In this document: one piece after another, positions 15,262 to 25,548 of the stretch
Numbering within the stretch: position 1 is the first letter of the stretch
How the letters are laid out: the number at the start of each line of letters is the position of its first letter
Virus genome (UHGV): UHGV-0211791
Length of the DNA: 39,228 nucleotides
DNA from: a virus
Strand: one strand, 5' to 3'
Program-made: the position numbers and the translations under genes
Notes under the pieces: generated by a model
The model's database searches: none
Seen by the model: only the letters and a program-made list of their open reading frames with translations
Told to the model about the DNA's origin: nothing

Positions 15262-17270
15262 TAGCCCACCTTCGTTTGATTACCGCGCATGACCTGGGCG
15301 TTTGCCGACTGCTGCCGACGCTCGACCTCGGTACCGACAGAACGCGGGTCACCACCACCGTAAATGTGATAGGTGTTCTGTTGCTGTACCTGAGCCCCGG
15401 GCGCGGGCATGTTGCTTAACACTTTCGGAATGTAGTTGCGCGTTTCCTGAGGCATAAGAGCCATCCCGTGCTTCTGCACGTTCCCGATCCCCCAGTTATA
15501 AGAGGCCAGCGCCTTGCTCAGGTCACCGCCGTTCGCCTGCAGCAGTTGTGAAAGATACTTTGCGGCTGCCTGCGCGGCCTTCTCCGGGTCGAAAACATCA
15601 TTCCCGCGCAGTCCCATGTCGCGCGCCGTGCCGTCCATAAACTGAAACAGACCTTTAGCGCCAGCGCCTGAAACGGCGAACTGATTACCGCCCGATTCCG
15701 TGATGGCCACACTGCGCAGCAAACCTTCCGGAAGCCGGTAGAGCTGTTCCAGGTTGGTAAGCATCGGCTGCATCCATCCCAACAACTCAGAGCCCGCTTT
15801 GGTTGGCTGTGGCCGCTTTACTGACTGGCCGAGCTGTTCAGGGTCATCCTCACCAAACCAGCCGCGCACCGTTCGGCCCACGCTGCGAGGATCGAATCCC
15901 CAGTGCTCTTTAATCCAGTCGGCGGTACCGTTGGCGCTGTCTGTTACCATCGGCATCGCTGACGGATTTTCGCTGCCCTGATTGAGCATCTGTTTGCCGA
16001 TGCTGGCGGCATCAGCCCAGCGGCCATCTTTAATGGCGTTAAGCAGGTCGGCGATCATGTTCAGCATTTTGCTGAACTCGCCCATCTGGTCGATGAAGTT
16101 GCTGAAATCCCACTTCAGGGACCATGATTTGGGGTCAATATTGAGCACCTTCGCCAGCGCTTTCGCCAGGTCGTTAACGGTCGTTTTAAGGTCACGAACC
16201 ATTTTCAGCGCGGCGTCGACTTCCGGCTTCCACTTACCCCAGTCAATCAGACTATCCCCGCCTTCCTTCCAGGTCTGATAGTCCTCCCACAGGAGGGCAA
16301 TCCCCGCCGCCAGCGCCGTAATCAGGCCAATCGGCGACATCCAGAACGTACTGTTCAGAATGCGCAGCGCAATCGTCAGCGCGCCAAACAGCGAGATCAG
16401 CTCCCGCGTTTGCTTGTCGAGTGATTTCCACCAGGAGATAAGGCTGGATGTTCCCTCAATTAGCCTGAAGAACAGCCGCCCGATAATGTCCCCGAGCGCC
16501 AGAATTCCTTTTATGGCTTTCGTCAGGGTTTGCTCGATGCGAGGGAAGTTATCCAGGATGTGGCGGCGCAGCGTGTCCAGCGAACCCGCCAGTCCACCAG
16601 CAAGATTAGAGCCGATTTTGTCACGGGCCATGCCTGCCATCGCGCCGAACTCGCGCAGGGAGGTCATGAATTTGTTGGAGCTTCTGGCCGCCTCGTCAGC
16701 ATTGAAGCCGATAGCTTTCGCCATTGCGCTGTACTGCCCGGAGAAACCGCCCACACCCCGGCGCATTGCCATCAGGGTATTTTCGTCAATGCCCAGCATT
16801 TGCGCATACTGGTTAGCCCGGTAATACGGCATGCTGCTGAGCTTCTGGCCGACTCCCGTAAAGATAGCGGCCATGTCGCGCATGTTGCCGCTGGCGTCAC
16901 GGGTCTGTACGCCCAGGCGATTCAGGAAGCCTTCCGCGCCGGGATTGTTACGAACAAACCGGGAGAGGCTTTCCAGAGAGGAGCGCGCCGCGTCCACGCT
17001 GCCGCCCACCTGCGAAACCGCATAGCCAATAGACTGAATCCCCTGAACCGTCGCGCCGGTGCGCTGTGACGCCCAGTAGAGATTATCCAGCCCCGAGGCG
17101 ATCTTAGCCGTAAAGGCCACCACGGTAAGCGCGGCACCTTCGACGGCCAGCCCCATTTTGATGGCGTTTGCGGTCGTACCGGCGAGAACAGAGTCGAACT
17201 TTGACGCGCCTGCTTCATCGATATCGAATCCGAGCGAGACGAGGAAATCTTTAATAGTCTCAGCGTTCAT
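15261..17270 (-). CDS. Tail tape measure protein with a C-terminal lytic transglycosylase (SLT) domain
   Basis: SLT motif ITESGGNQFAVSGAGAKGLFQFMDGTARDMG. Long helical N-terminus. Likely start is ATG 17270 (RBS GGAGAGAGG). Confidence 0.8.
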   Translation of the reverse strand: MNAETIKDFLVSLGFDIDEAGASKFDSVLAGTTANAIKMGLAVEGAALTVVAFTAKIASGLDNLYWASQRTGATVQGIQSIGYAVSQVGGSVDAARSSLESLSRFVRNNPGAEGFLNRLGVQTRDASGNMRDMAAIFTGVGQKLSSMPYYRANQYAQMLGIDENTLMAMRRGVGGFSGQYSAMAKAIGFNADEAARSSNKFMTSLREFGAMAGMARDKIGSNLAGGLAGSLDTLRRHILDNFPRIEQTLTKAIKGILALGDIIGRLFFRLIEGTSSLISWWKSLDKQTRELISLFGALTIALRILNSTFWMSPIGLITALAAGIALLWEDYQTWKEGGDSLIDWGKWKPEVDAALKMVRDLKTTVNDLAKALAKVLNIDPKSWSLKWDFSNFIDQMGEFSKMLNMIADLLNAIKDGRWADAASIGKQMLNQGSENPSAMPMVTDSANGTADWIKEHWGFDPRSVGRTVRGWFGEDDPEQLGQSVKRPQPTKAGSELLGWMQPMLTNLEQLYRLPEGLLRSVAITESGGNQFAVSGAGAKGLFQFMDGTARDMGLRGNDVFDPEKAAQAAAKYLSQLLQANGGDLSKALASYNWGIGNVQKHGMALMPQETRNYIPKVLSNMPAPGAQVQQQNTYHIYGGGDPRSVGTEVERRQQSANAQVMRGNQTKVG

Positions 17271-17900
17271 TATCCTCTCTCCATTTCTCAATACGGCGCT
17301 GGTTGTCTGCCTTAACGGCCAGGTGGTCATTCATCAGCGCGATATCGCACAGATCAACTGATCCATCCTTCAGCGCGTAATAAGGGATTAACCCGGCGTC
17401 AACCGGGTCAAGGAGATAAGACAGCCCGTCAGGCAGGCTGTTGAGGGTTAACCCTGAGGCTGGCCCGGCGTCGCGCTGGTAGGGCTCACGGGCAAAAAAT
17501 TTCCCAGTGAATCGGCGACCACCCGCGCCACCAGCTGCAGCATGGTCAGCAGGTCGATATCATCGAACATCAGCTGACCGCTGTTGAATACCGGCGTCCA
17601 TCCGTCCATGTGCTTGCGTGATACCACGGCCAGGCACGGATGAATAATCGCGTTGGTGTCTTCTTCGGTCAGGGAAGACAGTTCCTCAGCGATGCGCGGG
17701 AGCAGGGTTTCAAACACCGGTTTCAGCTGTTCGAATTTCACGGTATCGATTTTGCCATCAGCAGGCAGGTGGGAGCGAATGCTCCCGAAATCTGACATCA
17801 TGCCCGCCAGCACCGGCAGCAGTTTGCGGGTCACTTTCAACTGGTCAAAAACGCTGAGTTTTGCCACGCGGTAATCGTGGCCTTTGATTGAGCATTCCAT
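17260..17900 (-). CDS. Tail assembly chaperone -1 frameshift fusion (GT-like), extended by about 75 codons
   Basis: The -1 frame is open from the slippery site to TGA 17262-17260, just past the tape measure start. Confidence 0.5.
17448..17900 (-). CDS. Tail assembly chaperone (G-like)
   Basis: 150 aa, between the tube and tape measure genes. Confidence 0.6.
   Translation of the reverse strand: MECSIKGHDYRVAKLSVFDQLKVTRKLLPVLAGMMSDFGSIRSHLPADGKIDTVKFEQLKPVFETLLPRIAEELSSLTEEDTNAIIHPCLAVVSRKHMDGWTPVFNSGQLMFDDIDLLTMLQLVARVVADSLGNFLPVSPTSATPGQPQG
17493..17499 (-). promoter_or_regulatory. Candidate -1 slippery heptamer T_TTT_TTG (within GGGAAATTTTTTG)
   Basis: X_XXY_YYZ pattern 14 codons before the chaperone stop. 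Confidence 0.45.
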
Positions 17901-17903
17901 CTG

Positions 17904-18344
17904 TTAAAACTCTCCGAGAACCTGGTCGATTTTGCCGCAGTCAAACACCCAGGGCATCGTATTACCGGCTTTAGCGTTGGCGTTATCCGGCTGTTTCTGG
18001 AACGCCACGCTGCGCGCCGTGATGATGTCTCCGCTCACCTTGTTTCGGATCACAATGACGTTGTTTCCCCAGGTACCTGAGGACTGACTCTGCGCGTTGT
18101 ACGCCAGCGACAGCTTTTTGTTTGTCGGCGAGGTCTTCAGCAGGTTGACGGTTACCGTGCCGCTTTTGTCCGCGTGCAGGCTGTGCATCACTTCGCCATC
18201 AGCGCCGATGGTCATGGTGTTTTTAGGGCCGCCCATTGCAACGGTGATCCCCTCCTCTGAACTGGCGGAACCGTAGCCCAGATCAATCTCGCCGGTCGGG
18301 CCGGAGAGGGACGCCGTGACGTCCATAAAAGAATAAGTAGCCAT
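17904..18344 (-). CDS. Tail tube protein
   Basis: 146 aa, directly downstream of the sheath gene. Confidence 0.6.
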   Translation of the reverse strand: MATYSFMDVTASLSGPTGEIDLGYGSASSEEGITVAMGGPKNTMTIGADGEVMHSLHADKSGTVTVNLLKTSPTNKKLSLAYNAQSQSSGTWGNNVIVIRNKVSGDIITARSVAFQKQPDNANAKAGNTMPWVFDCGKIDQVLGEF

Positions 18345-18355
18345 TCATGTTCTCC

Positions 18356-19501
18356 TTAGCGAACGACGTTGATCTGAACATCAGCGAAATGAACCGCGCC
18401 AGCCAGCTTACAGGCCACCTGAATAACCGGTGCCTTACGTGCTTCACGGTCTGCCTGCGCCTGCTCGGAAATCGGCTGCGCGTAGACGTAATAGCCTTTT
18501 GTCAGCGTATCGCCGGAATCCAGCTGCCCGATTGGGCCGCCGTTCCATACACCGGCAGCCACCAGCCCGTTTGTGACAGACTGATCCATCGACTGCTCAA
18601 CATTGGAAAGCAGACGCGTAACGCCAGCATCGGTCTGTGGGACTTTGGTTGTGCTGGTGTAGAGCAGGTTGTACAGGTTGGTCTGAACGTAGTTCTGCAG
18701 CCAGTCGAGCCCGTGGCGTTCGTCGAAGAAATCACCGCTGGACATGACGCCCTGCTGCAGGATGGCCGTATCGTTCTGGTAGTACACAAATACGTTGCAG
18801 TTTTTGGCATCCAGCGCCGCCGCCTGATTGGTGGTCAGGGTTTCATAGGTGATCCCCGGCTCCTGCTTGAATTTCAGGGTAATGGTGGTGTTGCTGCCGT
18901 TGAAATTCACCGTGAACGCGCGACCAAATGCAGACAGTGCGGCGTACTTGCTACTGGTGGAATATTGCACAAACGTGCGAGCGTATTTTGCCGCCTTCAG
19001 CTTATAAGCCAGGTCGGTAGTGGAGGTCGCGTTTACCGTCTCAGGCTCTGCAGTGGTAATCGCCAGAATTCGGCTGAGACTGGAGGCCTCGATCGCAGCG
19101 GCCACGCTCAGCCAGTCGGCATCGTCGATATCTTCATCGTCAGCCACGGCCAGACCGTACCAGTTCGTGTAATTCAGAACGGCGTTCACCGCCTGCAGCA
19201 GCGTTTCCGTCGAACCGCTTTCAGCCGATACCAGCGTTTTAGCCCAGCGACCGACATACACCTGCTGAGGTTTCGGTGACTGTGAGAAATACACGGTCGC
19301 GGCTTCATATTCCGGGCTATCCACGCCGAAATCAGAGCCGATATCTTCAGGGGATGAGTAGAGGCGAATACGCTCAGAAACCGGGATAACCGTCGAGCTC
19401 CCGAGAATAAGCAGTGAACCAAAGTTTCGACCAGTAGCCGCACGCGGCCCAATGATCACGTCGACATTAACGACGTTTGATACAGGTAATCCCTGCGGCA
19501 T
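18356..19501 (-). CDS. Tail sheath protein
   Basis: 381 aa. In a sheath-tube-chaperone-tape measure arrangement. Confidence 0.65.
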   Translation of the reverse strand: MPQGLPVSNVVNVDVIIGPRAATGRNFGSLLILGSSTVIPVSERIRLYSSPEDIGSDFGVDSPEYEAATVYFSQSPKPQQVYVGRWAKTLVSAESGSTETLLQAVNAVLNYTNWYGLAVADDEDIDDADWLSVAAAIEASSLSRILAITTAEPETVNATSTTDLAYKLKAAKYARTFVQYSTSSKYAALSAFGRAFTVNFNGSNTTITLKFKQEPGITYETLTTNQAAALDAKNCNVFVYYQNDTAILQQGVMSSGDFFDERHGLDWLQNYVQTNLYNLLYTSTTKVPQTDAGVTRLLSNVEQSMDQSVTNGLVAAGVWNGGPIGQLDSGDTLTKGYYVYAQPISEQAQADREARKAPVIQVACKLAGAVHFADVQINVVR

Positions 19502-19504
19502 AAT

Positions 19505-20107
19505 TTAGTCTCCGAAAAATGAGACGGGCGCATCTTGCAGCGTCCGGACGTTGTAGGTACGAATGTTTTTACGGGACAGCGTGATAGTGAGGTCATACCG
19601 CCTCACCCACTGGTTGTTAATAAGCTCTGGCAGGTTGTAGATGGTCCCGGCATCCACCAGCGAAAGACCGGAGAGATTCAGCTCAGCGTTGTTCTGCTCG
19701 ACGAATATCCCCGCGCGGAAAGTTGATGCAATGTTGGCCCCCAGAGGGCCGTAAAAGCAGCAAATCACCGTGACCTGCTCCCATGTCCATTGCTCGGACT
19801 GTTCTTCCGAAACCTGAACATCGGACTGACTTAACGGCTGGGGAACAGTAGTGATACCGAAGGCGCACCACGTCACCCCGTTGTTGGGGATCTGCGGCTG
19901 TGGGTCAGTCCATCGGGGGAAAACAAGCGCAGCCGGCAGGCCAGAAACACCACGAATCCACCGGCTGATTTCACGCTCCAGCGCCTCGTCGTATTGGGGG
20001 AGATCCCCGACAGGCGTCAGATAACCGCGCGCGGTGCTGTCGTTACTCAACTGGCGTCCCTCCGTTAAAGTCCACCAGCTCACAATGTGCCTGGACGAAT
20101 CCGGCAC
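19505..20107 (-). CDS. Tail completion / neck protein (200 aa)
   Basis: Position. Confidence 0.35.
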   Translation of the reverse strand: MPDSSRHIVSWWTLTEGRQLSNDSTARGYLTPVGDLPQYDEALEREISRWIRGVSGLPAALVFPRWTDPQPQIPNNGVTWCAFGITTVPQPLSQSDVQVSEEQSEQWTWEQVTVICCFYGPLGANIASTFRAGIFVEQNNAELNLSGLSLVDAGTIYNLPELINNQWVRRYDLTITLSRKNIRTYNVRTLQDAPVSFFGD

Positions 20108-20447
20108 CGTAACGGGTGTACGGGTCGACGAACGTCACGCGATAGTCGCGTCCGCTATAGGTCACGATATCTGCATCAAGTCGCGGGGAGCTGTCTGAAC
20201 CGGGCTGGCCCTGGGTTAATCTGAACTGCGTCACGATGAGGATCGCGCCGCTTATGTTCTGGCCTGCTTCCATTCGCCTGGCTTCCAAGGAACGGTCAAC
20301 CGTCACCACGCCAGAGAATGGAATATCCTGAGCGGTGTTTTTCGTGAAATTGTCCTCATCCACCGTCTGAACCTGCCGGTGACACACCAGACTGGTGTCC
20401 ATGAAGTCGGGATCGAGAAGAACATCGCTCACATCGAGAAGAGGCAT
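20043..20447 (-). CDS. Head-tail joining protein (134 aa)
   Basis: Position. Confidence 0.35.
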   Translation of the reverse strand: MPLLDVSDVLLDPDFMDTSLVCHRQVQTVDEDNFTKNTAQDIPFSGVVTVDRSLEARRMEAGQNISGAILIVTQFRLTQGQPGSDSSPRLDADIVTYSGRDYRVTFVDPYTRYGAGFVQAHCELVDFNGGTPVE

Positions 20448-20992
20448 TATTTTTTCCTCACGACGTAGTTAATTGAGCGCAGCAGGTAACCGTGGGCATA
20501 CAGCGGCTTGTCGCCGGGAATGCCTTCGGCGCGTCTGCGTTCGAGGGTTTTCTCAGAAAGCGGGTGCAGTCGGTCGCCAGCCCCGATAACAGCTTTTGCA
20601 GCATCACGGGCAATCTGTCCGGCGCTCTCCAGCTCACGCACTGCTGCTTCAGTCTGCCCCTCCAGCGCGGCGGTTGCCGCTGCCTTCAGGTGCGCAGTGG
20701 TTCGGGGTTTTGAATCCTCGATCCCCATATCCAGAAAAGGACGCGGGGGGAGCGTGACCGTTGTACCGTCGATTTCCACCGTTGCGCCCGTCGAGTGGAG
20801 GTAGCCCAGTTCCGCGTTATTAATCGGGGAGCCATCCCCACGCCCTGCCTTGTCCTCAGGTATTCCCACCAGCACATCCATTCCGGATAGCTGCCGGAGG
20901 GATTCCAGAACAGCCACGGCGTTATCAGCGCGAACCGTTAACCCGCTTTTCATAGCAGCTGCCTGCCACCAGCGCCGAACATCGACCACCAC
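20447..20992 (-). CDS. Head-tail connector/adaptor protein (181 aa)
   Basis: Position. Confidence 0.35.
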   Translation of the reverse strand: MVVDVRRWWQAAAMKSGLTVRADNAVAVLESLRQLSGMDVLVGIPEDKAGRGDGSPINNAELGYLHSTGATVEIDGTTVTLPPRPFLDMGIEDSKPRTTAHLKAAATAALEGQTEAAVRELESAGQIARDAAKAVIGAGDRLHPLSEKTLERRRAEGIPGDKPLYAHGYLLRSINYVVRKK

Positions 20993-21360
20993 CAGTAGAA
21001 CTCGCGCCCGTAGGCGGTGCTGTTCCAGAAACCGGCATCCGGATTGATTACCCCGGACACGTCATAGCTCACTGAAACCTTATCCACTGATTTAGAGGAC
21101 ACGACACCTGCTGCGCCGTTGCTGTTCACACCACCAGCGGCAGCGGCGGCCAGCGTGCGGCCGCGCAGCTCCGTATAGTGAGCCGTGAATAATTCGGCCA
21201 GGTAGACGAACTGATCGCCCTGAACGTCCTGATTCAGAATCGAATCGGCCTGCCCCAGATAGAAATTCACTGAGGGGTCAGGGTAGCGGGTTTTATCGGC
21301 GAACTCGGGAAAGTCGGTGCGGAACTGCTCGTTAGTCGGAAGGCTGCTGTTTTTTGGCAT
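20950..21360 (-). CDS. Head completion protein (start probably the internal ATG near 21360)
   Basis: Position. Confidence 0.3.
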   Translation of the reverse strand: MPKNSSLPTNEQFRTDFPEFADKTRYPDPSVNFYLGQADSILNQDVQGDQFVYLAELFTAHYTELRGRTLAAAAAGGVNSNGAAGVVSSKSVDKVSVSYDVSGVINPDAGFWNSTAYGREFYWWWSMFGAGGRQLL

Positions 21361-21742
21361 TTTTCGCGTCCCCGCCGGTGTTATCGGTTTTGTCCGTGCT
21401 GTCGGCAGGTTTACCGCCTGCTGGTGCCTGAGCAACTGCCAGCTGCGCTTTCAGGTCTGTGTTTTCATTCCCCAGCGCGGTGATGGTTTTTTCATGCTCA
21501 GCCAGCTGCGCTTTCAGGGTGTTATTTTCTTCTGCTAAGAGAACAAGGCTCGCGGAAAGGTCTTCATTGCTCTGCTCGTTCGCCAGGTCGGCTTCGTCAA
21601 TCGGGCGCGCATAGGCTTTAAAGGCCCAGTGGTCCTTCACTTCTTTCGGGAAAGAGGAACTGTCGTGGATGCCCTGAGACAGCTCAAATTTAGAACCGTC
21701 GGCAAAGCTGAGAGTAGCGCCACCGGAAACAACGTATTTCAT
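21332..21742 (-). CDS. Head-associated coiled-coil protein (136 aa, Lys/Ala-rich C-terminus)
   Basis: Directly after the major capsid terminator. Confidence 0.35.
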   Translation of the reverse strand: MKYVVSGGATLSFADGSKFELSQGIHDSSSFPKEVKDHWAFKAYARPIDEADLANEQSNEDLSASLVLLAEENNTLKAQLAEHEKTITALGNENTDLKAQLAVAQAPAGGKPADSTDKTDNTGGDAKNAKKQQPSD

Positions 21743-21755
21743 GTTTTTTGCTCCA

Positions 21756-21780
21756 TAAAAAAAGGCGGGTTTCCCCGCCT
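21756..21780 (-). terminator. Rho-independent terminator after the major capsid gene (AGGCGGG-gaaa-CCCGCCT + T7)
   Basis: 7-bp GC stem followed by TTTTTTT on the minus strand. Confidence 0.65.
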
Positions 21781-21788
21781 GTTTCAGG

Positions 21789-22736
21789 TTAAGACGCCGG
21801 AACGTCTAGGTAAGAGATCGTATTGGAATACGGGGTTTCCACCTGGCCCAATTTGCCGTAGTAAGTGGTCAGCTGCTGCAGGCCGCGATACTCCAGCGGC
21901 GTGTTCAGCAGAGGAACCATAGGGAAGCGAACGTATTTTTCGTCCTGGGTGTAAGCAACGATACGATGCGCGCCACCAGCGCCACGCTTGGAGGCCCACT
22001 TCATGGAGACGATCTCCAGTGGTGTGCCGTTTTCCTGAAACGCGATGGTGTTAATCTTCACGTATTCCAGCACGGAGATATTCCCTGCAGAGGAAACCTT
22101 TTTGCTCGCCAGCAGGCCGAACAGCTCCGGAGCCAGACCGATTTTCGCCGGGCAGACCGCATAACCAGAACGAACCCAGCCATCAGACAGTACCAGGTTG
22201 ATATCCTGAACAATCACATCCGGATCGGTGGTTGCGGTCCACGCTGCAGCTGCAGCAACAGGAGTGACATCCGGCAGGTTCAGCAGGCCAGCAACGCCGA
22301 GCTCGTTATCACCGATATAAACCTGTTCGTCGGTGTCCATGTTCCACTTCAGCTTCATGCCTTCGTATTTCTGGACATCAACCGGACGGCCCAGTTTCTG
22401 GGCAGAAGCCAGTTCCGGCACCGTCCAGCTGATTTCCTGCCCCCACAAGGTGAGGTTGTTACGGGTAGGCTGAATATCGAGCTCGATACCAGGTATGGCA
22501 GTGGCTTTTTTACCGATCCAGTTTTTACCGTTAGGGTTTGGACCACCAACGCCCACGAAATCGGTATTAGTGAAGGATGACACTTCATCAGCGATAGAAA
22601 TGTCGCTGCGCAGCGGCATGTCGCGTGACCATTTGTAGGACACTAAAGGCATGTTCAGCGTCTGATCCATGCGCTCCAGTTCGCCGACGAGAAACGCGCC
22701 GGTGGAGTCGATGGTCGCTCTGTCAATTGTAAACAT
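21789..22736 (-). CDS. Major capsid protein
   Basis: 315 aa. Position after scaffold/decoration genes. Terminator downstream. Confidence 0.6.
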   Translation of the reverse strand: MFTIDRATIDSTGAFLVGELERMDQTLNMPLVSYKWSRDMPLRSDISIADEVSSFTNTDFVGVGGPNPNGKNWIGKKATAIPGIELDIQPTRNNLTLWGQEISWTVPELASAQKLGRPVDVQKYEGMKLKWNMDTDEQVYIGDNELGVAGLLNLPDVTPVAAAAAWTATTDPDVIVQDINLVLSDGWVRSGYAVCPAKIGLAPELFGLLASKKVSSAGNISVLEYVKINTIAFQENGTPLEIVSMKWASKRGAGGAHRIVAYTQDEKYVRFPMVPLLNTPLEYRGLQQLTTYYGKLGQVETPYSNTISYLDVPAS

Positions 22737-22747
22737 TAATTATTCCC

Positions 22748-23251
22748 TCAGATGTTATAAGCGATTTCAATACGGCCGTCGGCTTCACCCGGCCCCATGA
22801 CCTCTGCATTTGGCAGCTGAGGTGTATTTGATGCGGTAGAGTCCGGAGACAACACAAAGGAGCCAACCGGGCTTTGAGTGGTGCCACCAGCCACGCGAAC
22901 GTAAACCGGATCGCCTTTTTTCGCGGTCGCCGCGTTGCCTGCGGTAGCAGTTACGCAGATGTAACCGCGTTTCAGGTTGTCACCAACCTGATTAGCCGTC
23001 ACACCGATGTAAGCAAGGTCCAGAGCAGAGGTGATCGGGAACGGACGAACCAGAATCCCTTTCACTTTGCTGATGGTGTCGCCAGACTCCAGCGGAACGA
23101 ATTTATCGTTCACGTATTTACCTGGCAGCCCGTAGGACGCGAACTGCTTCGTGTGGTCCAGGCTAACCGGCTCGATGGTGAGATCACGAGGACGGGTAAC
23201 GCCCCCGGCAATGCCCAGGGGCATGCGCGTTAAATATGCAGTACCTGCCAT
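22748..23251 (-). CDS. Head decoration/structural protein (167 aa)
   Basis: Position between scaffold and major capsid genes. Confidence 0.4.
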   Translation of the reverse strand: MAGTAYLTRMPLGIAGGVTRPRDLTIEPVSLDHTKQFASYGLPGKYVNDKFVPLESGDTISKVKGILVRPFPITSALDLAYIGVTANQVGDNLKRGYICVTATAGNAATAKKGDPVYVRVAGGTTQSPVGSFVLSPDSTASNTPQLPNAEVMGPGEADGRIEIAYNI

Positions 23252-23262
23252 GATGATTTACC

Positions 23263-24534
23263 TTATTTGTTTTTTGCCCAGAATTCGGCGTTGACCTTGT
23301 TCAGTTCTGCCGGGGAAAGGTGCTTAGTGCTGATTCCGCTGTCCGTGGTGCGGGTGATGTTATTCAGCGGGGTCAGCTGATTTTTCGCCTTATGCAGCGC
23401 CACAGCGGCAGTAAATACCGCGTCGACCGTAGCCTTTGGCGCTTTGTAGAAATCATCCACTCCGAACGATTTCAGGCTGTCGCCGGTGCGCATTGCATGA
23501 CTCAGCACCTGACGCTTCAGACTCTTATCACCAGCAGGCTGGAAGCCAGGGCAGATAATTTCCGCATCGGCGATCAGGTTGCGCTTAAAGGCTGCATCAC
23601 CCGTCACTTTGCGGTTTTCTTCCTCGTCTTCATCAGTGGTCATGTTGCCCGGGTCCGGATCGCCGTCGGTGGTTTTACCCTCCAGCTTTTCCAGACGAGC
23701 CAGCAACGCTTTCGCCCAGGCCGGAATTTCTTCATCGCCGGTGCCGGTTTTGTCTTTGTTCGGATCGCCTTCGTCCGTAGTGGTGCGATTGCCTTCAGGT
23801 AAGGCTGTGGCCTGTGAAGGAATGTTGATGGTGATAGAGGAACCGGGGATTGAAGGCATGCCATCAGACGGCATATCCGGCGCTTCGTCGATGAGTTTTG
23901 CCAGTGCATCCTCATCTTTCGTCTTAATGGCCTGAGCCAGTTTTTTAAGCCATGACATTACAGGCTTCTCCTTTGTTGTTGATGGGATGGAATCCCCGAT
24001 TGCACAGCGGCCACCAGCACGCCCCCGGTCGATGCCGACAGCGAGGTGGTTACCTGTGATTTGGTATTGCTTGCCTTTGCCGGGTGCCAGCTGCTTGTAC
24101 TGCGCGTCATAGCCACAGCTGACATCGGTCAGGCCAGAATTCACCGCGTCGATTGCTTCCTGGCGTTTAATCAACACGTCAGCAATGAGCAGATCCGATT
24201 TATCGCCGGTGCCGCGCCGGACGTTCTGAATGTGTCCGTGCGCCAGCTCCGCGAAGTTAGAAGGGTTAACGAAAACGATGTTGCCCAGACTGTCCTCTGG
24301 ATGCCCCAGCGTGACGGCTACGCCCTCAAAGCTCGCCATCGTCTCCGGGGAAAACACCTCGTCTTCCGTTCGCCAGACTGTCACCGTGCCGGTGCCGTCC
24401 GGTTCGAGGTCGATTTCCTCAGGTAAATAGACCTGCGTCCCTGTGCGTGCGATCGGCACGTCTTTACACAGCAGCGAGCCGTCCGCCTGCAGATAGCGCG
24501 TTTCGCCCAGGCGTGTAGTGAAGAAATATTTCAT
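23263..24534 (-). CDS. Head scaffold/maturation protease-like protein. N-terminal globular domain followed by an acidic, low-complexity, helical C-terminal half.
   Basis: 423 aa. Composition DEGDPNKDKTGTGDEE...DEDEEEN is typical of scaffold proteins. Confidence 0.45.
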   Translation of the reverse strand: MKYFFTTRLGETRYLQADGSLLCKDVPIARTGTQVYLPEEIDLEPDGTGTVTVWRTEDEVFSPETMASFEGVAVTLGHPEDSLGNIVFVNPSNFAELAHGHIQNVRRGTGDKSDLLIADVLIKRQEAIDAVNSGLTDVSCGYDAQYKQLAPGKGKQYQITGNHLAVGIDRGRAGGRCAIGDSIPSTTKEKPVMSWLKKLAQAIKTKDEDALAKLIDEAPDMPSDGMPSIPGSSITINIPSQATALPEGNRTTTDEGDPNKDKTGTGDEEIPAWAKALLARLEKLEGKTTDGDPDPGNMTTDEDEEENRKVTGDAAFKRNLIADAEIICPGFQPAGDKSLKRQVLSHAMRTGDSLKSFGVDDFYKAPKATVDAVFTAAVALHKAKNQLTPLNNITRTTDSGISTKHLSPAELNKVNAEFWAKNK

Positions 24535-24557
24535 GGGTTACCTGCTCAATTACGGGC

Positions 24558-24582
24558 AACAAAAAAGCCGCCCAGAGGCGAC
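24558..24582 (-). terminator. Rho-independent terminator (GTCGCC-tctg-GGCGGC + T6) between dif-like site A and the scaffold gene
   Basis: Hairpin followed by a T-tract on the minus strand. Confidence 0.5.
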
Positions 24583-24618
24583 CTTGTGAGATGGGAAAAA
24601 TGTTCGAAATAACGGGCT

Positions 24619-24646
24619 ATTTAACATAAGGGTTCTTACCCGCACC
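24619..24646 (-). repeat. dif-like 28-bp site A: GGTGCGGGTAA-GAACCC-TTATGTTAAAT (minus-strand reading)
   Basis: XerD arm 11/11 and XerC arm 9/11 against E. coli dif GGTGCGCATAA-TGTATA-TTATGTTAAAT. Confidence 0.65.
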
Positions 24647-24795
24647 GACGAAAACGGACTCGATTAAAATGTCCCCTTAAAGCCGTAAAAGTAGCAATTA
24701 ACTGGGCTGAAAATCGGTCTTTTCGAATACAACATTTTCATAACATTTCGCGGGTATTGCAGTTCGCATGAAATGAATGCTCAAAGCCGTATTTT

Positions 24796-25548
24796 TCATT
24801 TTCTCGGTGCAGGAATCTGTACTTCAGGCCAGCATTTGCAGTTCGGCAAACATCCGGCGTGTCCGGTCATACCGTCCAGCGTCGGCGGGTTATCCCAGCG
24901 CACAAATTTATCTTTCATCTTGCGGTGAGTATCGCGCGTTCCGGCCCCCTCGATACGCCACCAGTAGCCCTCTGATCCAACCGAAAGGGCTCTGGCCTGC
25001 GTCAGCGCGCCGGTAGCTCGTCCAATCTCTGTACGGGCAATCAGCTGCGCCCTGCTGGCGGCCACGTCACCGGAGGCCATGATCATCTCGTAGAGCTCGT
25101 CCGGACGTTCACCAGTGATAACCGCCTGCATTGCGCGCTGTTGTATGTCCATCACGCGATCGGCTGCTTCCAGCGGCAGGGACTTCATCAGCTGAATCTG
25201 GCGGTACACGATATCCTGAGCCACCTGCCCGACGGGGGTATTACCCACCACATCGCGCAGGCCAGCGCCGATTTCCTCTGATACCGATTTCCACTGATTC
25301 CATTCCTCCTGCTCGACCTGGGCAAACATCCTTCGCCCGACCTGCTCTGCCCAGTCGCTGATTACCTCGGAATAGTCCACCAGCGTTTTCGAAATGCTGT
25401 CAGCGCTGGCCTGTGAACCATCGTAGGTACCATCGACGATCTGCCCTATCTGGTTTGCTATCGCCAACAGGCTTTTTCGATACTGGATCTCCGAACGGCG
25501 GCGGAGGGATAGTTTCAGGTTCATCCTCCTCCCACTGGGCCTTCGCAT
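24796..25548 (-). CDS. Head morphogenesis protein (Mu F-like / SPP1 gp7 family). Start uncertain; overlaps the portal 3' end.
   Basis: Position after the portal gene. About 250 aa. Confidence 0.5.
   Translation of the reverse strand: MRRPSGRRMNLKLSLRRRSEIQYRKSLLAIANQIGQIVDGTYDGSQASADSISKTLVDYSEVISDWAEQVGRRMFAQVEQEEWNQWKSVSEEIGAGLRDVVGNTPVGQVAQDIVYRQIQLMKSLPLEAADRVMDIQQRAMQAVITGERPDELYEMIMASGDVAASRAQLIARTEIGRATGALTQARALSVGSEGYWWRIEGAGTRDTHRKMKDKFVRWDNPPTLDGMTGHAGCLPNCKCWPEVQIPAPRK

Noticed and set aside
15754-17069. Plus-strand ORFs inside the tape measure gene (75-179 aa)
   Set aside because: They are antisense to a GC-rich tape measure gene, which commonly produces long spurious reverse frames. 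They have no RBS or coupling.
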